Shown here piece by piece: positions 38,320 to 48,870 of a DNA stretch of 64,000 nucleotides (positions are counted from its first letter, which is position 1; each line of letters starts with the position of its first letter). Both the position numbers and the translations under genes were made by a program. The DNA lies in NCBI GenBank assembly GCA_963793265.1, contig CAWBZI010000002.1, forward strand, positions 224,001-288,000, read 5' to 3'. This stretch comes from an uncultured cyanobacterium (GTDB taxonomy: Bacteria; Cyanobacteriota; Cyanobacteriia; Phormidesmidales; Phormidesmidaceae). The notes beneath the pieces are model-generated. The model did not search any database, was not told the origin of the DNA, and saw only the letters and a list, made by a program, of their open reading frames with translations.

Positions 38320-41184
38320 TTAAAAGGTGAACTGAAGTCCGCCGTCAAAGGCTACGCTGTCGCCGTCATCAAACGAATCTTCTACCCGTAGGTAAACGCC
38401 AGGCCCCTTCGAGCGACCTGTTCCTGCCATTTGAGGTATGCGATCGCCATTTTCATCCAGCACAAATCGGTTCACCGGCATCTCTACCGTTTCACCGTCA
38501 GGCCCTGTGAGCACCTCTACGACCTGATCTCCATTGGCATCTAGCACCGGCTCGGTTTCATAGATAGCCGACACTGCGCCCGTCTCATCATACTGATAGG
38601 CTTCTTCTCGCTTCTCGCCAAACGGATGGAAGATAGCAGCAGCGCGCCAGCCCACCTCAGAACCATCACCGCCACGGCCAATGACCGTATCTCTGCCAAA
38701 CAGCTCGGCGCGCAGCGTATTAGCCGCGGGTGTCCAGGGCGTGTTGCCGAAGTTCATCACGCCGCCTATAGCTAGCTCGCCGCGAATAGGGGTTGCGTTC
38801 GCATTGCTCTCCGAGCGCCGCTCAGGCTCACTGCTATCAGACTCAATTACGCGAGTTTCAAGGTTCTCAACTGTCTCAGTCGAATTCGACTCGACTAGCA
38901 CCTCGTCTTCAAGATCAATGCGATCGCCCGGCTCTAGCGTGCGCGTATTGGTATCGACAACTCTCGCTTCAGAAGTCGGATCAAACGCCACATTCTCAAG
39001 CGCGCCGTTCCCGTTGATATCAAAGCTGGCCGTGCCGTCTCTTTCAGTTGTCGTCGTCGTTTCAATCGTCGTCGAAAGCACCTGTACTCTAGGCGTTTCA
39101 AAGATATTCACCCGCCTTGAAATCCGCTGCAAGTCTGTCTCTGTTGTTAGCGTTGTGCGAATCTCATCAAACGTATCGCGCTGGTTACCAATACCTCCGG
39201 CTAATGAGCCTGCAATATAAAAGCCTGCGGCCCGAGTCGTGCGGCTATACGCCTGCTGTCCAATTTGTGGCAAGAGCGAATTACCCACTCGTGCATCAGC
39301 TAACTCTGGAATATTGGGATCGACAGTGGGCTCAAGTTCGCCGTCAGGCTCAATATACAGCCCGCGAATGCCGTTAAAGACAGCGGTCGCTGCGTTGTCT
39401 ATAGTCGGCAGCGTGTCTTCTACGGTATAAACCTCTGTGGTTTCTTGGTAGAAGTTCTCAGGATTTTGATCGGCAGCAATGATGGTAAAACCGCCGTCTG
39501 CAATCCGATAGTTTTCGCCGCTAGCATCAACGGTATAGGTTTGGCCTAGCGTTAGGTTTTGACCGGGCTGCTGAGGCACCAGCGCATAGATAATTCGACT
39601 GACTTCTCCAGGTGCTATGGCCGTTGGCGTTTGGGCATAGCCAGCGTTTGTCCACTGCGGCACAAACGTAAGCGATCCGTCTGTACCCTCTAAAATAAAA
39701 CCGCCTACGTTGTCGGTATAGGCAGCGTTGCCACGACCGACTCGGTTGGGATCAGGGGGTGCGATCGCAATGGCGCGATCCGAAGGCAGATCAAAAATAC
39801 CGTTCACCGCACTCACCTCCTGACTGGTTGGCACGTAGCCCACCATCCGACGGTTGTTGAATAAGCCTGTGGGCTCTAGCAGCCTGCGGTCGTCATCTTC
39901 GGGGGTAACCAGTTCGTTGCCAAAAATATCAGTCGCTTCGCGGTGAGTGCGGGTGATGAACTGGGTGATACCGATTGAGGTTGAGAAACCGGCTTCGTTG
40001 TCATCTGCAAACGGATCGAAAATGGCATCGGCTGTCAGTAAGGTCGGGGGCGCTTGAGGATTACCGATTAAAGGTCGTAGCTGACCTGTGGCACCTACGC
40101 CATCACTCCCTAAGCGCACTTGCCCGACTGAGGCATAGCGGTCATACACCAGCAGTTCATCGTCTTCAGTGCGCGCGCCAACGGCATGGCCTAGCCGGTT
40201 AGAAAGATTGTCAGGTAGCTCGACGCTGCCAAAATCTCGGTTGGCCTGAGTTACTTCTTCAGAAACTGCCGTGACCGTCTCAATCTCATCGCGCTCAATC
40301 ACTTCTTCTTCGCGCCGTTCAGGATCAAGCGGCTCAAACGCGTCCTCCGTGTCAGTCTCAACCACGGTGTCTCGCTCGATCGCGGCAGCAGTACCCTGTC
40401 CACCCGGCAGATCTACATATTCACCATCATCAAAGTCGAGGTCGCCGCCTTGTGGCAAATCTTCTGCAATGATCTGTCCGTCTCTCGTGAAATAGACGCC
40501 TGATTCTGAGGGCTGCGCGTTATTGTCTCTGACGTTGAGAATGCGCAGCTCAACCCGATCGTTTTCATCGTACTCAACGGTGATGCTTTCATTTGAAGGC
40601 AGCGTTTGTCCCTGAGGGCCTACTGTAACGCTATCGCCTCTAACAAATCTTCGCTCTTGACTGAGAACATTGCCATCTTGATCAAAGACGGTGACCTGGA
40701 TGCCCTCGCCAAACGCATGATTGCCCGGTACATAGTTCAGATCGAATGTAGTAGTGGTGCGTATGGAGTTGCGCTGAAGCGCAAACGTTGGCCCATCATC
40801 TCGATTCACAATCTCGTTAAAAGCGCGGTTGATGTACTCAAAATCTGTAGAGATATCGAGGCTGTTTGGCGCAAGCCGGTCGGTATCGACATCTAGCGCC
40901 TGCCCTTCTACGGTTTCTTCTGGCAGCTCCGTAGGCAGTGGAATATCCGAGGTATTGGTGAGTGGCCCCGTGTTGATGTCAAAGGCGTTTTGATCGACAA
41001 AGACAGCACCCGTATTGTCGTCACGGTTGACGCTCACGCGTGATCTGGACGGTGCTGTTTGGGCGATCGCACTTTGGCCGACAAGACCAAGACCACCAGC
41101 AATCATAAATACCGCCCATAGCAGCTTGAATGTAGGTGTGCTAAAAGAGGTGCTGGCTGATTGGGGGCGGATGAATAGAGACAT
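38320..41184 (-). CDS. Large secreted/outer-membrane protein of unknown function, paralog 2 of 4
   Basis: 954 aa; signal ending AIA-Q, EDLPQGGDLDFDDGEY and C-terminal GGLQFTF. Confidence 0.88.
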   Translation of the reverse strand: MSLFIRPQSASTSFSTPTFKLLWAVFMIAGGLGLVGQSAIAQTAPSRSRVSVNRDDNTGAVFVDQNAFDINTGPLTNTSDIPLPTELPEETVEGQALDVDTDRLAPNSLDISTDFEYINRAFNEIVNRDDGPTFALQRNSIRTTTTFDLNYVPGNHAFGEGIQVTVFDQDGNVLSQERRFVRGDSVTVGPQGQTLPSNESITVEYDENDRVELRILNVRDNNAQPSESGVYFTRDGQIIAEDLPQGGDLDFDDGEYVDLPGGQGTAAAIERDTVVETDTEDAFEPLDPERREEEVIERDEIETVTAVSEEVTQANRDFGSVELPDNLSNRLGHAVGARTEDDELLVYDRYASVGQVRLGSDGVGATGQLRPLIGNPQAPPTLLTADAIFDPFADDNEAGFSTSIGITQFITRTHREATDIFGNELVTPEDDDRRLLEPTGLFNNRRMVGYVPTSQEVSAVNGIFDLPSDRAIAIAPPDPNRVGRGNAAYTDNVGGFILEGTDGSLTFVPQWTNAGYAQTPTAIAPGEVSRIIYALVPQQPGQNLTLGQTYTVDASGENYRIADGGFTIIAADQNPENFYQETTEVYTVEDTLPTIDNAATAVFNGIRGLYIEPDGELEPTVDPNIPELADARVGNSLLPQIGQQAYSRTTRAAGFYIAGSLAGGIGNQRDTFDEIRTTLTTETDLQRISRRVNIFETPRVQVLSTTIETTTTTERDGTASFDINGNGALENVAFDPTSEARVVDTNTRTLEPGDRIDLEDEVLVESNSTETVENLETRVIESDSSEPERRSESNANATPIRGELAIGGVMNFGNTPWTPAANTLRAELFGRDTVIGRGGDGSEVGWRAAAIFHPFGEKREEAYQYDETGAVSAIYETEPVLDANGDQVVEVLTGPDGETVEMPVNRFVLDENGDRIPQMAGTGRSKGPGVYLRVEDSFDDGDSVAFDGGLQFTF

Positions 41185-41917
41185 GGGGGGACTTCAGGAA
41201 GGGAGTTTCTAGTGATAGTAGATTTGCTTAACGTTTGTCGCAGGTGGGTTTGCGCGGCCTTTGTAAACGTTTGACGTTATCTTCAGGGATGGTGCTGAAC
41301 TATATTTCAGTATGAATACTTATTCTCTGTGAGTTTTTTAAAATTGACATTCACAGTAAAACCTTCTAGGAAAAGGCGTAAACCTATTGAGATGAGTTAA
41401 AACAAGCCTTCTCTAGGGGAACCAAAGGGTTGAAATATAGTCTAAAACTTCATGTTGTTAAAATTTCGTACATGGCGGCTCAGGATGTAGCAAAGCTCAC
41501 GAAGGGTTCATGAAAGTGCGACTGTAGGCAAACGCTATACGAAGGGTTATAAAAGCCTCCTTTAAGGCGCGATAAAGACTCAGCGCAGAGCGCAACAACA
41601 ACTTTCTCTGAGCATTACGCCTCCTAAGAGAGCGCTCACCAAAGACGCTACCAACTTGTCGTGACTTCTATAAGACGCTACCGCTTTGTACGTATTTCTG
41701 CTATTGCCTTCATATTTTCTTTACCTTGTAGCTATAAAAGCCCATCGCTTTGTGTCAGTTCTTAGGGGCTTCCTGTTAAAACGGCCATATTCCGCTAGTG
41801 GTAGATCTTTGAGCAGCTTCAGCTCAAAGTGATTTAGCTCACGGCCCAACGGTAATTTCGGCGAGCTGCTCAGTGATATCACTTAATCGTTTATCAAGGC
41901 CCTAAGAAAATAATTCT

Positions 41918-44770
41918 CTAGAAAGAGAACTGAATACCCCCGGCGACTTGAGGCCCTACCCCACTGCTAAAGACATCTTCTAGCCGTAAGTACACACCAG
42001 GCCCCTGAGCGCGGCCAATGCCTTCTTTTTGAGGCGTGCGATCGCCATTTTCATCCAACACAAACCGATTGACCGGCACCGCTACAGATTCGCCGTTCTC
42101 ACTCATTAGCGTTTCCATAAGCTGAGCGCCGCTGCTGTCGTACACCGGCTCTGTTTCGTAAAGCGCGATCGCCCTGCCTGAGGCGTCATATTGATAGGCT
42201 TCGCGCTGCACCTCTCCAAATGGATGGAACAACACTTCTGCGCGCCAGCCAATGCCGCCGTCATGACGGCGACCGATCACGGTTTCTTTGGCAAACAGCT
42301 CAGCGCGCACGGTATTAGCAGCGGTCGTCCAGGGCGTATTGCCAAAATTAAACACACCGCCCAAAGCAATTTCACCTTGCACCGCAGAGAAATTGGCCTG
42401 TGAATCTGTCTCGGTTGTTGTCTCTTCATCTGCCGATACCAGCCTGGCGACCATCGGCGCATTCTCTTCAGCGGTCACACTGCTTGCTAAAAACTCTTCT
42501 CCGCGCACCAGGCGCTGCTGAACATTTCTCTCAATGCTAGAAACATCTGTTGTGGTGCGTGTGCCTTCTACAAACCGAACGTTTTCAAGCTCGCCTTGGC
42601 TGTTGATATCAAATAGCGCTGTGCCTGTGTTCTGCGCGGTGGTGGTGGTTTCTCGCTGTGAGGAGTCCACCTGCGTGAGTGGCGTAAAGAACGTATCGAG
42701 CGTTCTAAGCTGTCTCATTTCATCGATATCGCGAGCAATCGTAGTCGTCGTGCGCTGAACGGTATCTTGCTGGTTGCCAAGTCCGCCTGTGAGCGCGCCG
42801 CCCAAATAAAAGCCTGCTGCCCGCGTTGTTTTTCTGTAGGCATTTTGCCCCACATCACCCACCACCACGTCCATTGGAAACAGCATATTTCCAACCCGCG
42901 CATCGGCCTCAGCGGCTAAGCCGACGTCTACTGTCGGCACCGGCTGACCACCCAACGTCTCGGCATAGATGCCTTGCACGCCATTAAATAAGCTGGTGAC
43001 TGCGTTGCCGTCAGGCAGGGTATCTTCTACCGCATAGACCTCTGGCATCTCCTGCACAAAGTTTTGTGGGTACTGGTCTGCTGCGATAATTTTGAAGCCA
43101 CCGTCAGCAATCTGGTAGCCATTGCCTTGTCGAGTCACTGCGTATGAGCCCCCTACCTGCAATGCTTGGCCTGTCTGCTGAGGCACCAGTGCGTAGATCA
43201 TGCGAGTTGCCTCTTGAGCTTCTAGTGAGATCGGGGTTTGCGCGTAGCCGTTATTGGCCCACTGCGGCACAAAGGTAATCTCGCCCGCTGCACCTTCAAT
43301 CAGCAGGCCGCCAACGTTGTCGGTATAGGCAGAATCTCCTCTGCCTACCCGCGTAGGATCAGCCGGTGCGATCACCACAGCGCGATCGCTCGGTAGCTCA
43401 AAGATCCCGTCTCTCGAAAAAATCTGACTTCCCAACACCGTCTCACTCTGCGTCGGTGGCACGTAGCCGACCCATCGCTGGTTGTTCAACAATCCAGTCG
43501 GTTCGAGCAGCCGATCGTCGCCACTAGCAGGCTCAATCACATTCCCAAATACATCTGTTGCCTGCCGGTGTGTTCGGTTGAGAAACTGCGTAACGCCGAC
43601 AGTTGCAGAGAGCCCGGCTTCGTTGTCGCCCACAAAGGGATTAAAGTTGAGATTACCGTGCAGGAGCGTTGGCGGTGCGCTCGGATTTTTTATTAGCGGT
43701 GCGAGCTGTCCGGTGACCCCTACACCGTCACTGCCTAATCGCACTTCAGATTCTGCGGTGTAGCGGTCGTAAATCAAATATTCGCCCGCTTCAGTTAGCG
43801 CTGCTGAGGCGTGACCTAGCCGGTCTGCTATCGTATCAGGCGCTTCTACGCTGCCAAAAGTCTTCTCACTTTGTTCATCTGTTTCGACTTCTCGAAGCGT
43901 TCTGACGACTTCGGTTTCAAGCCGCTCCTCCTGTCGAGTTTCCGGTGCCAACGGCGTTTCAGACTGGAGGTCTTCTACAACAACCTCGCTAATTTCTTCT
44001 AACGTTAGCGCCTCGCCCCGGCCCCCTGAAATTTGTAGATAGTCACCGTCGTTAAAGTCTCTATCGCCACCGTCTTGAAGATCTTCAACAATAAACTGAC
44101 CGTCTTCGGTGAAGTATATCGCTGACTCATTCGGCGCAGCGTTGTCTTCTCTAATATTAAGCACGCGCAGCTCAACCGTTTCATCTGCGCCATAGCTCGC
44201 TGTGACCTGGGCGCTTTCGGGTAAGCGATCACCCTGATTAAACTGAACGCGATCGCCCCTAACAAAAGCCGATTCCTCTGATTTAACCGACCCATCTTCA
44301 TTAAAAACCGTCACTGTAATGCCCTCACCAAAGGCATGATTACCTCGACCATAGTTCACATCAAACTGAGTCGTTAGCTCCAAAGTTTCTGTTTGGAGCT
44401 GATAGGTTGCCCTCGGATTTTCTTGGGACAAAATGTTGTTGAAAGCGCCGTTGATGTAGTCTACATCGGTGGTAAGTTCGATGCTGTTAGGCGCAAAAAC
44501 GCCTGGGCGTGGCGGTAGGGAAACGCCCTCTCTAGCATCTATGGGCAGGCGGTCGGGCAAAGCAATATTAGAGCCGTTATTCAGCTCGCCTGTTTGAAAG
44601 TCGAAGGCGTTGTTATCGACTCTCACCACGCCGCTGGCACTGTCGTAGAAGATTTCTTGAGCGATCGCGCCCTCTGCCATCAGCCCTAGACCACCCGTTG
44701 CGATCAAAACTGACAACAGAGCTGCAGAAGGCACGTTATAAGAAGTGGAAGCTGGGTGTAGGGATGTCAT
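41918..44770 (-). CDS. Large secreted/outer-membrane protein of unknown function, paralog 3 of 4
   Basis: 950 aa; signal ending AIA-Q, EDLQDGGDRDFNDGDY and C-terminal GGIQFSF. Confidence 0.88.
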   Translation of the reverse strand: MTSLHPASTSYNVPSAALLSVLIATGGLGLMAEGAIAQEIFYDSASGVVRVDNNAFDFQTGELNNGSNIALPDRLPIDAREGVSLPPRPGVFAPNSIELTTDVDYINGAFNNILSQENPRATYQLQTETLELTTQFDVNYGRGNHAFGEGITVTVFNEDGSVKSEESAFVRGDRVQFNQGDRLPESAQVTASYGADETVELRVLNIREDNAAPNESAIYFTEDGQFIVEDLQDGGDRDFNDGDYLQISGGRGEALTLEEISEVVVEDLQSETPLAPETRQEERLETEVVRTLREVETDEQSEKTFGSVEAPDTIADRLGHASAALTEAGEYLIYDRYTAESEVRLGSDGVGVTGQLAPLIKNPSAPPTLLHGNLNFNPFVGDNEAGLSATVGVTQFLNRTHRQATDVFGNVIEPASGDDRLLEPTGLLNNQRWVGYVPPTQSETVLGSQIFSRDGIFELPSDRAVVIAPADPTRVGRGDSAYTDNVGGLLIEGAAGEITFVPQWANNGYAQTPISLEAQEATRMIYALVPQQTGQALQVGGSYAVTRQGNGYQIADGGFKIIAADQYPQNFVQEMPEVYAVEDTLPDGNAVTSLFNGVQGIYAETLGGQPVPTVDVGLAAEADARVGNMLFPMDVVVGDVGQNAYRKTTRAAGFYLGGALTGGLGNQQDTVQRTTTTIARDIDEMRQLRTLDTFFTPLTQVDSSQRETTTTAQNTGTALFDINSQGELENVRFVEGTRTTTDVSSIERNVQQRLVRGEEFLASSVTAEENAPMVARLVSADEETTTETDSQANFSAVQGEIALGGVFNFGNTPWTTAANTVRAELFAKETVIGRRHDGGIGWRAEVLFHPFGEVQREAYQYDASGRAIALYETEPVYDSSGAQLMETLMSENGESVAVPVNRFVLDENGDRTPQKEGIGRAQGPGVYLRLEDVFSSGVGPQVAGGIQFSF

Positions 44771-45034
44771 TTCAGGAACCGAGGAAATTGCTGTACAAGA
44801 AGTGAAAAGATGTATAAAATTACACTTCTTATTCGCAATCCTACTGACAGCAACCCTGAGGTCACCTCCGTACAGTCGTCTTTGCCTCAGTAGTCACCCA
44901 TACTAATCGAGTAAAGTTTATCTTCTAAAAGCTAATAGAATCAGTACTCCTACGTAGATTATTGAATAATCAACGCTGACAACTTTACATAGTTGAAATT
45001 GAGATGAATTAATCAAGCACTGCCCTAAAACGCT

Positions 45035-45057
45035 GAAAGCCTCTCAACTGAGAGGCT
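45035..45057 (-). terminator. Possible terminator after paralog 4
   Basis: AGCCTCTCA/TGAGAGGCT stem with only a short T tract. Confidence 0.45.
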
Positions 45058-45135
45058 CTAGCTTTTTGAAGCAGCGATAAAACTGGCAGCAGAGTGTGTG
45101 TAACTTTGGCAAAGGTCTTGACTTGTTTGCTGAAG

Positions 45136-48060
45136 CTAGAAGGCAAACTGAAGGCCACCTGCAATCACAACGCCATCGTTATCGCTAAAAATATCTTCTA
45201 GGCGCAGATAAACACCCGGCCCTTTAGCGCGCCCTGTCCCGACCGTTTCGGCCACGCGATCGCCGAACTCATCTACAACAAACTGGTTCACAGGCACCGT
45301 AGCCGTCTCACCATCTGCCAAAGTAATCGAATCTAGGAGCTGAGAACCGCTGCTGTCTAGTACCGGCTCCGTTTTATAAAGGGCCACTGCGTTTCCTAGC
45401 GTGTCGTACTGATAGGCTTCCTTGTGCACCTCACCAAAAGGATGAAACACCACCTCGGTTCTCCATCCTGTTTCGTTACCACGACTGCTGCGCCCAAATA
45501 CTGCATCTCTGGTAAACAGCTCAGCTCGCACGGTATTTGCCGCAGGCGACCACGGCGTATTGCCAAAGTTCATCACGCCGCCCAAAGACAGCTCGCCCTG
45601 CACAGAAGAGAAGTTCGCATACGAATCGGTATCCTCTGTTGTCTCGCTGTCTGTCTCAACAAACCTACGCTCAGTCACTTCTGTTCTTTCAAATGGCGTG
45701 CTGCTTACCAGCTCCTCTTCACCTCGCTCAATTTGAGTTTCACGCGCTAGCTCTCTAGTCGAAGTTTGAGTGCTTCGAGTGTCTTCTACAAACCTGGCCT
45801 CAGCAATTTCTCCTCGTTCGTTGATGGTGAAAAAGGCCATGCCGACACCCGTCGTATTTTCAGATATCTCTGTAATGACAGAATCGACCTGCGATCGCGG
45901 CGTCATAAACGTATCGATCGTTCCTTGGGTTCTAATCTCATTAGTCACCAGCTCGCGTGAAGAAGTCGTCCGGCTCACCCGATCTTTCTGGTTACCAATT
46001 CCGCCTGTCAGCAGCCCGCCAATATAAAAGCCAAAGGATCGAGTCGTCCGCGCATAGGCTCCCTGGCCCTCAGAGCCAACGACCGTATCTAATGGAAACA
46101 ACGCATTTCCAACCCGCGCGTCAACCTCATCAGCAACAGTCACATCTACTGTTGGCACGGGCTCGCCGCCGGGTGCTTCTACATAAACGCCCCGAATACC
46201 ATTGAACAAATCGGTAATCGTATTCCCGACCGGCAGCGTGTCTTCTACGGCGTATACCTCCGCTGTCTCTGCAACAAAGTTATCCGGCTGTCGGTCAGCA
46301 GAAATAACGGTAAAGCCGCCGTCAGCAATCTGGTAGCTGTCAGGCCCGTCTACCACCGCATATCGCTCGCCAAGCTGTAGCGCCTGTCCCGACTGCTGTG
46401 GCACCAGCGCATAAATTGCTCGCGTAGCCTCGCCAGCTTCTAATACAATCGGCTCCGCGGCAAAACCAGCTGCTGTCCACTGAGGCACGAACGTTAAGTT
46501 CCCGGCCGCATCTTCAAGTAAAAGACCACCGACATTGTTGACGTAGGCTGCGTTTCCTCTGCCAGTGGCTGTCGCTGGACGGGTGATCTCTACCGCCTGA
46601 TCGCCCGGCAGCTCAAAAATACCGTTTGTTGGAAATATCTGAGGCCCTAGTGCCGTTTGATTAGGGGTTGATGGCACATAGCCCACCCAGCGGCGGTTAT
46701 TAAATAAGCCCGCTGGCTCAAGCAGCCGAGGCCCGTCTGGATCGGGGTTAACAATCTCATTGCCAAACACGTCTTTAGCGACCCGGTGCGTTCGATTGAA
46801 AAACTGTGTGATTCCAAGCCCTGTGGTGAAGCCCGCCTCATTGTCACCCACAAAAGGATTAAATCGCACGTCTCCGGTGAGTAGCGTGGGCGGCGCGCTT
46901 GGATTTCTAATCAGTGGCGCAAGCTGACCCGTTGCCGCTAGGCCATCACTACCCAACCGAAACCGGCCTGTGCTCGTATAGCGATCGTAAACGAGTAAAT
47001 CACCTTCTGCGCTGCGCGCGCCTCTGGCATGACCTAATCGAGGTGAAAGAAACTCGGCTATTTCGACTTCCCCATAATCTCGCTCCTCTGTGATTAGCGC
47101 TGATGCAGGGGTCACTTCCTCAACTTCTAGCTCCCTGATAACAACAGTCTCCTGCCGCATTTCAGGATCAAGCGGCATCTCATCAGGAATTCTTTCTATC
47201 GAAGTCTCGTTGAGTTCAGTCTGTGCTAACGCCTCACCTTCTCCGCCCGTAATTAGTAGATAGTCACCATCGTTAAAGTCTCTGTCGCCGCCCTCTGGTA
47301 GGTCTTCAACGACTAGCTGGCCGTCTTCAGCAAAATAAACGCCTGATTCGAATGGCTGTCCATTGTTTTCTCTAAGATTAAGCACGCGCAGCTCAACATT
47401 GTCTTCTGTTCCATACGTTACGCTAATATCTTCACTTTCGGGCAACTGTTCGCCGTCTGGCCCAATCACAATGGCATCGCCGCGTACAAAAACGCGCTCT
47501 CGGCTAATCACCTCACCATCTGGCCCGAACACAACCGCCTCAATGCCCTCGCCAAAGTCGTGATTGCCAACGCTACGGTTTACATCAAAGTCTGTAGTGA
47601 CCTGCAAAGAATCAGGCTGCAATTGAAACGTGTTGCCCTCTTCTGGGGTCAAAATGCTATCAAGTGCCTCGTTGATATAGTCCACATCAGAACTCAACTC
47701 AACATTGTTGGGCGCTAAGATCCCGGCGTTTGTAGGTAGTGGAACGCGGTCTGAGGTTTCACTAGGTAGCCCGTCTGGTATGGGAATATCAGACTCGTTT
47801 GAGAATCGGCCTGTTTGAATATCAAAAGCGTTGTTGTCTAGCCGCACAAAACCGGTATTGGGATCGAGGGAAATATTAGGATTGGTTTGGGCGATCGCAC
47901 TCCGTTTTCCTACACCAATCCCACTGACTGCTAGCAACAAACTCAAAAACGCTAGCACAGGGCGAAGCGAAGCATGGTGATGGGTAACGGAGCGAACAAC
48001 ACAAAGAACAGCATTAAGCTGAGAAACACTGACTGATCCGAATAATTTCATGACTGACAT
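45136..48060 (-). CDS. Large secreted/outer-membrane protein of unknown function, paralog 4 of 4
   Basis: 974 aa; signal ending AIA-Q, EDLPEGGDRDFNDGDY and C-terminal GGLQFAF. Confidence 0.88.
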   Translation of the reverse strand: MSVMKLFGSVSVSQLNAVLCVVRSVTHHHASLRPVLAFLSLLLAVSGIGVGKRSAIAQTNPNISLDPNTGFVRLDNNAFDIQTGRFSNESDIPIPDGLPSETSDRVPLPTNAGILAPNNVELSSDVDYINEALDSILTPEEGNTFQLQPDSLQVTTDFDVNRSVGNHDFGEGIEAVVFGPDGEVISRERVFVRGDAIVIGPDGEQLPESEDISVTYGTEDNVELRVLNLRENNGQPFESGVYFAEDGQLVVEDLPEGGDRDFNDGDYLLITGGEGEALAQTELNETSIERIPDEMPLDPEMRQETVVIRELEVEEVTPASALITEERDYGEVEIAEFLSPRLGHARGARSAEGDLLVYDRYTSTGRFRLGSDGLAATGQLAPLIRNPSAPPTLLTGDVRFNPFVGDNEAGFTTGLGITQFFNRTHRVAKDVFGNEIVNPDPDGPRLLEPAGLFNNRRWVGYVPSTPNQTALGPQIFPTNGIFELPGDQAVEITRPATATGRGNAAYVNNVGGLLLEDAAGNLTFVPQWTAAGFAAEPIVLEAGEATRAIYALVPQQSGQALQLGERYAVVDGPDSYQIADGGFTVISADRQPDNFVAETAEVYAVEDTLPVGNTITDLFNGIRGVYVEAPGGEPVPTVDVTVADEVDARVGNALFPLDTVVGSEGQGAYARTTRSFGFYIGGLLTGGIGNQKDRVSRTTSSRELVTNEIRTQGTIDTFMTPRSQVDSVITEISENTTGVGMAFFTINERGEIAEARFVEDTRSTQTSTRELARETQIERGEEELVSSTPFERTEVTERRFVETDSETTEDTDSYANFSSVQGELSLGGVMNFGNTPWSPAANTVRAELFTRDAVFGRSSRGNETGWRTEVVFHPFGEVHKEAYQYDTLGNAVALYKTEPVLDSSGSQLLDSITLADGETATVPVNQFVVDEFGDRVAETVGTGRAKGPGVYLRLEDIFSDNDGVVIAGGLQFAF

Positions 48061-48714
48061 CTAGGGGGGGTAGAAGCGACGGAGCGATTGAGAAACGCTT
48101 TATAGCGTTATCAACAACTGCTAGGACAAGAGATCTCTTGTTCTAACAGGGCTGTTTATATAGAACAAAAGAGCTGAGTAGCTCATCGAGGTATCTCAAT
48201 GCCAGCAACCTTGCTGGTTACTGGTGAGTGAAAATTTAGCTAGCTACGATGGTGCAGCTAACGACCTTTCAGCCGTATAGATTTCTTTTACGCAACATCC
48301 ACAGCCGTGAGCGAAAAATCCTTTTTAGCAATCTGCGCTGTGCTGTTTTGCTACGACGATTTAGAGCGACACGGCCAATGGCAAAAGAGGAAACCCTGAC
48401 ATACCTTGGTCTGTGTAGAAAAGTACAGACAATAGGTATGTCAAGTAGGGCAAAGTAGCGTAGCAGTTTTTACCTGGAAAAATGGTGTCAAAAACGTCTT
48501 CAAATCTTTTCTTAAAGCGTTCCTGGCGACAGTAAACAGTTAATAAATCAGATGATTCGTAAGGAAAACATCTTTCAAATAGCCTTCCGAACAAAAGCAG
48601 CACATACCGTAGCTGCCGTTTACCTAACGACGATAATTCTAAAATCCAAAGCACCACTTCACACAAACCTTACCTTTATCCTCACGTACTTCACACAAGA
48701 TTAATCTACACCAT

Positions 48715-48755
48715 AAAAAGTTTCCAGTACTGAGGAAGTTCAGCACTGGAAATTT
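48715..48755 (-). terminator. Probable terminator after the alpha-amylase
   Basis: TTTCCAGTACTGA...TCAGCACTGGAAA stem followed by a T run on the minus strand. Confidence 0.6.
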
Positions 48756-48870
48756 AATAGTATTAAAAGATACTCAAGCGAAAAAGCGTAAGTTCTAGGT
48801 TAAAGACTGTCCTAACTGTTGAAAGCTTTCAGGCGATCGCGCCCATCGAATATTTCAACTGTTAGCGCCT

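Noticed and set aside
41410..41440. GGGGAACC...GGGTTGAAAT resembling part of a c-di-AMP (ydaO) riboswitch
   Set aside because: It is on the opposite strand to the downstream gene, and the other conserved blocks were not found.
41490..41690. Short direct repeats as a possible degenerate CRISPR array
   Set aside because: Only two copies of each 10-11-bp unit, no constant repeat-spacer period and no cas genes in the window.
34969..48060. Calling the four paralogs TonB-dependent receptors, S-layer porins or RTX proteins
   Set aside because: No plug/22-strand pattern, no SLH domain and no GGxGxD nonapeptide repeats.
48249..48666. Small ORFs in the spacer upstream of paralog 4
   Set aside because: No clear RBS or motif and atypical composition; more likely regulatory DNA.
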